From NCBI GenBank assembly GCA_944358135.1, contig CALVQN010000002.1:1-47257 (forward strand): 47,257 nt of DNA, written 5' to 3'. Position numbers and translations under genes: made by a program. Positions within the stretch are counted from its first letter, which is position 1. Each line of letters starts with the position of its first letter. The notes below the pieces were generated by a model that searched no databases, was not told the origin of the DNA, and was given only the letters and a program-made list of their open reading frames with translations. Of the stretch, positions 44,344 to 47,257 are shown in pieces. The stretch comes from an uncultured Bacilli bacterium (GTDB lineage: Bacteria; Bacillota_I; Bacilli_A; RF39; UBA660).

Positions 44344-46056
44344 ATGGAAAAATTTGCTTATATGAATTATGACGATGTATATAAAAAAATAACAGAAATC
44401 ATAAATAATCAAAATAGCAAAAACAAAGTAACAAAAGAAAAACCAATTGGTTACTCAGAATATGGATTACCAATTGATCACTATACAATAGGAACTGGCC
44501 CCAAGCATATTGTAGTAAGTGGATCTTATCACGCTGCAGAAATCATTACTACTATTTTTGTAGTTCGCTTAATGGAAGCAATGTCCAAAGATGATAGTTT
44601 TAAGGTTGATGAATACACAATTGATTTTATTCCAATAGTAAATCCTGAAGGGTATTTAATTACAACTTCTATGCAGGATTTATACTTAAATAAATATCAA
44701 ACAGAAGAAGAAAAAATAGCGGCTGCCAAAGTTTATTGGGCAAGTTATAGAGCGGATGCAACAATTCCTGTCAAAGTAAAAAAAGGAGAACTACCTGAAA
44801 GCAGCCTGAGGGAAAAAAAGAGCTACCAAGCATTATTTGATGATGTAAATCTAGATGAATATTTGCGTGATTATCCTGAAATTAAAGAAAGTGTTTTAGA
44901 TATTGTTAATAAAAATAATTATCCTATCGGTGTTTTGGCTGCATGGACGGCAAATGCTAGTGGTATTGATTTAAGCCAAAATGTTCCGTATAATCCAGCG
45001 ATAAAAAAATTGATTGAAGCAGAAGAATCAGTTTATAATCATCTAGCTTATGCTAATACAAGAAAAGATGTACCAGGACCAGTAAATACACCATGTAGGA
45101 ATCTAAAAAGTTTTTCTTTTGAATCAGAAAATTTAGCTATTTTAAATTTCTTTGAGAATTTATATCATGAAAAAGGAACAGAAATTATTGCTTACTTTAA
45201 TTATCATAGTGTTATGGGGAAAATGTATCAAAGACCAGTTAAAGAAGAAGGAATGATTAATTTATATGATATAGATTATGAAAAGAAAGTTATTGAAAAT
45301 TATGTTTCCTCTAAGATATTTAGAACAGGTAATGCTTATGATATTATTGAGTCTGAAGATCCATACAGTTACATAAATGAATTTTTAAGACTTAGATATG
45401 GTATAGATATACAAGTAGAATTATCAAGAATGGGTTCAAATCCTATTGGCCCTCTAGCTGATCCTGATACATTTGAAAATGTTACGGTAAAACCAAACAT
45501 TAACGCTTTTGATTGTTTTATAAAGAATTATGATTTTATAAAAAATTATTCTGCTTTTATAGGCTCTTTAATAAGTAAATTAAAAGAAGATAATCTAGAA
45601 TTTGATGTTTTGAATATTTATGATTTAATTGATAAAATAACTAAAGAAAATCCAACTCTCTATACAAGATTACAAGAAGAATTGAGAAATAAAGAAAGTC
45701 ATAATGCTCATGTAATTAGTTATTTTTATGATGAACTTAAAAAGGCTTTAGAAAGTAATAAAAAAGAGAATGAAGAAGTAAAAGGGTTAGATGTCGAAGA
45801 TAAATTTAATATGAGTTTTCATCTATTCTTATCCAAAATAATTGAAGAAGTAAATAGTAAAAGAAAAGAAGATTTAACTAAAGAAGAAATTGATTTATTA
45901 ATTGATAATATTTTTAGAGATTATCCTGAATTAATAACAAATATCAAATACAATTCTCTAAATAATTTATCAACCAATAATTTATATCAAGAATTATCAT
46001 TAATCATCCATAATCAAATAAAAATGGGAAATTTATTAAATAAACCAAGGAGATAA
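44344..46056 (+). CDS. M14-family zinc carboxypeptidase-like protein with a C-terminal helical extension
   Basis: IGYSEYGLPI, HAAE (HxxE zinc ligands), IPIVNPEGY and FNYHS (third ligand region). The last 180 aa or so are K/E/N-rich and helical. Confidence 0.6.
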   Translation: MEKFAYMNYDDVYKKITEIINNQNSKNKVTKEKPIGYSEYGLPIDHYTIGTGPKHIVVSGSYHAAEIITTIFVVRLMEAMSKDDSFKVDEYTIDFIPIVNPEGYLITTSMQDLYLNKYQTEEEKIAAAKVYWASYRADATIPVKVKKGELPESSLREKKSYQALFDDVNLDEYLRDYPEIKESVLDIVNKNNYPIGVLAAWTANASGIDLSQNVPYNPAIKKLIEAEESVYNHLAYANTRKDVPGPVNTPCRNLKSFSFESENLAILNFFENLYHEKGTEIIAYFNYHSVMGKMYQRPVKEEGMINLYDIDYEKKVIENYVSSKIFRTGNAYDIIESEDPYSYINEFLRLRYGIDIQVELSRMGSNPIGPLADPDTFENVTVKPNINAFDCFIKNYDFIKNYSAFIGSLISKLKEDNLEFDVLNIYDLIDKITKENPTLYTRLQEELRNKESHNAHVISYFYDELKKALESNKKENEEVKGLDVEDKFNMSFHLFLSKIIEEVNSKRKEDLTKEEIDLLIDNIFRDYPELITNIKYNSLNNLSTNNLYQELSLIIHNQIKMGNLLNKPRR

Positions 46057-46060
46057 AACT

Positions 46061-46636
46061 ATGAATAATGATATATTAGTAAATAAAGATCATCCATTAC
46101 CAGAAGACTTTATACCAGAAAACATTGTCTTATTAGATAATCCTTATTATCAGTCTTTTATACCAAATACACCACTTAGAGTAAGTGATGTTGTATCATT
46201 TGCTTTTCAGAACTTAAAAGAAGATGCTAAAAAAGAAGGATATGAATTATGGATAGATTCGGGATATCGCACACGTTATTATCAAGAAGAGGTATTAAAA
46301 TATTATTTAAAAGAAATGGGAGAGTCTGCTTATGAAAAAGTAGCTCTACCTGGAACTAGTGAACATGAAACGGGTTTAGCTATAGATTGTGCAACAGTAA
46401 TAGATGGTAAATACATAGATGAATTAACTGATGATTTACCAGTAACAAAATGGTTACATGCTAATTGTCACCACTATGGTTTTATTTTAAGATATCCCAA
46501 AGATAAAGTAGAAATAACAGGTTATAATTATGAACCATGGCACTTAAGATATGTAGGAAAAGAGTTAGCAAAGTATTTAACAGAAAATAACCTAACATTA
46601 GATGAATATCATTTAAATAGAGGAATAACTAGATAA
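46061..46636 (+). CDS. M15B (VanY-type) D-alanyl-D-alanine carboxypeptidase
   Basis: VNK.HPLP.DF.P, SGYR....Q, SEHETGLAID and EPWHLRYVG motifs. Confidence 0.85.
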   Translation: MNNDILVNKDHPLPEDFIPENIVLLDNPYYQSFIPNTPLRVSDVVSFAFQNLKEDAKKEGYELWIDSGYRTRYYQEEVLKYYLKEMGESAYEKVALPGTSEHETGLAIDCATVIDGKYIDELTDDLPVTKWLHANCHHYGFILRYPKDKVEITGYNYEPWHLRYVGKELAKYLTENNLTLDEYHLNRGITR

Positions 46637-46775
46637 CCTCTATTTTTATTTTGCTTTACACAAACTTTAAGAGATATTGTCGAAGACATAAAAATTGAGA
46701 CCCATTTGGATTATTAGACCTTTACATATTTAATTATTGTATGATATATAGGTCTTAGAGGGGAGCAATATAGCT

Positions 46776-47257
46776 ATGAATGAAGAACAATATTATTCTG
46801 AAATAGAGCATTTAATTAAAAGGAATGAAATACAAAAACAAGCAAGAAGATTAGAAGAAACCCATACCCTAGTAACAACCTATTGGACAATAGGAAAAAT
46901 ACTTGTTGAGGCCCAAGGAGGTTCATCACGTGCCAAATATGGAAATGAACTGATTAAGAAATGGTCTAAAAGATTAACAGAACTTTATGGTAAAGGATAT
47001 GATGCTACAAACTTAAGAAGGTTTCGTCAATTTTATATAGCATTTCAAAAACGCGGCCCACTGGCCCGCACTTTGACTTGGTCACATTATCTTTGTTTGT
47101 TACCTATAAAAGATGAAAATAAAAGAAATTACTATATAAATTTATGTATTAAAAATAATTTGTCTAAAAGAGAACTTGTAAAAGAAATCAAATCTAATAG
47201 TTATGAAAGATTAGTTAATAAACCCGATAAGATAGATATTATAGTGCCTGAGAAATA
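46776..47257 (+). CDS. YhcG/DUF1016-family PD-(D/E)XK nuclease, N-terminal part (3' end outside the window)
   Basis: The ORF is open to the window edge. The block YW.IGK.L.E.Q......YG..LIK..S..L...YGKGY...NLRRFRQFY......LSWSHY..LL is typical of the DUF1016 N-terminal domain. Confidence 0.7.
   Translation, partial: MNEEQYYSEIEHLIKRNEIQKQARRLEETHTLVTTYWTIGKILVEAQGGSSRAKYGNELIKKWSKRLTELYGKGYDATNLRRFRQFYIAFQKRGPLARTLTWSHYLCLLPIKDENKRNYYINLCIKNNLSKRELVKEIKSNSYERLVNKPDKIDIIVPEK

Noticed and set aside
1-47257. CRISPR arrays, rRNA genes, riboswitch or T-box leaders, and long tandem repeats.
   Set aside because: No regularly spaced direct repeats of 25-40 nt were seen. There are no rRNA-like GC-richer stretches. 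Leaders upstream of the candidate genes are short and show no recognisable conserved riboswitch cores. The only tandem repeats are short coding ones (for example CTGATT x3 at 30361-30378, encoding LILILI).

Overview
This is a very AT-rich chromosomal segment from a low-GC, spore-forming member of the Bacillota (it encodes GerQ and SigG). Genes are densely packed and mostly on the + strand. Most of the window is housekeeping or ordinary accessory content: ung, LemA, a YitT-family protein, a P-type Ca2+-ATPase, priA, sigG, an RDD protein, a NUDIX hydrolase, a VanZ protein, uppS, a YtrA-type ABC/GntR operon, a GT2 synthase, nfo, a class B PBP, rpmG, efp, and M14/M15 cell-wall peptidases. The standout region is about 16.1-29.5 kb. 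A tRNA-Thr(GGU) gene sits on the minus strand at 29466-29539, and its last 16 nt plus one flanking base are exactly repeated, in the same orientation, at 16115-16131. That remnant lies next to what looks like the original tRNA terminator. Together these bracket a roughly 13.4 kb integrase-less island. The island carries an acyltransferase, a histidine kinase with a receiver-only regulator, a GreA-like factor and a LysR regulator. It also carries a tightly overlapping operon (20902-29134) built around a viperin-like radical SAM enzyme. The operon order is HAD phosphatase, TMPK-like kinase, MBL hydrolase, double-module U32 (RlhA/TrhP/UbiUV-type) protein, SAM methyltransferase, viperin-like rSAM, a second rSAM with a SPASM/twitch-like tail, a CYTH triphosphate-tunnel enzyme, and an unknown protein. 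I interpret this as a candidate undescribed system that makes and further tailors a ddh-nucleotide-type antimetabolite, for defence or as a natural product. That interpretation is inference from motifs read by eye. Smaller observations are: a head-to-head deletion scar between two gene fragments (13.7-14.8 kb), a homopolymer frameshift (about 1.4 kb), a Doc/Fic-type protein whose catalytic His is Gln, an orphan type IV coupling protein with a low-complexity tail, an orphan pilin cassette with flanking 15-nt repeats, a palindromic GntR operator, and an unannotated L33 gene followed by a small basic ORF upstream of efp. No CRISPR array, rRNA gene or intact transposase/integrase was seen.
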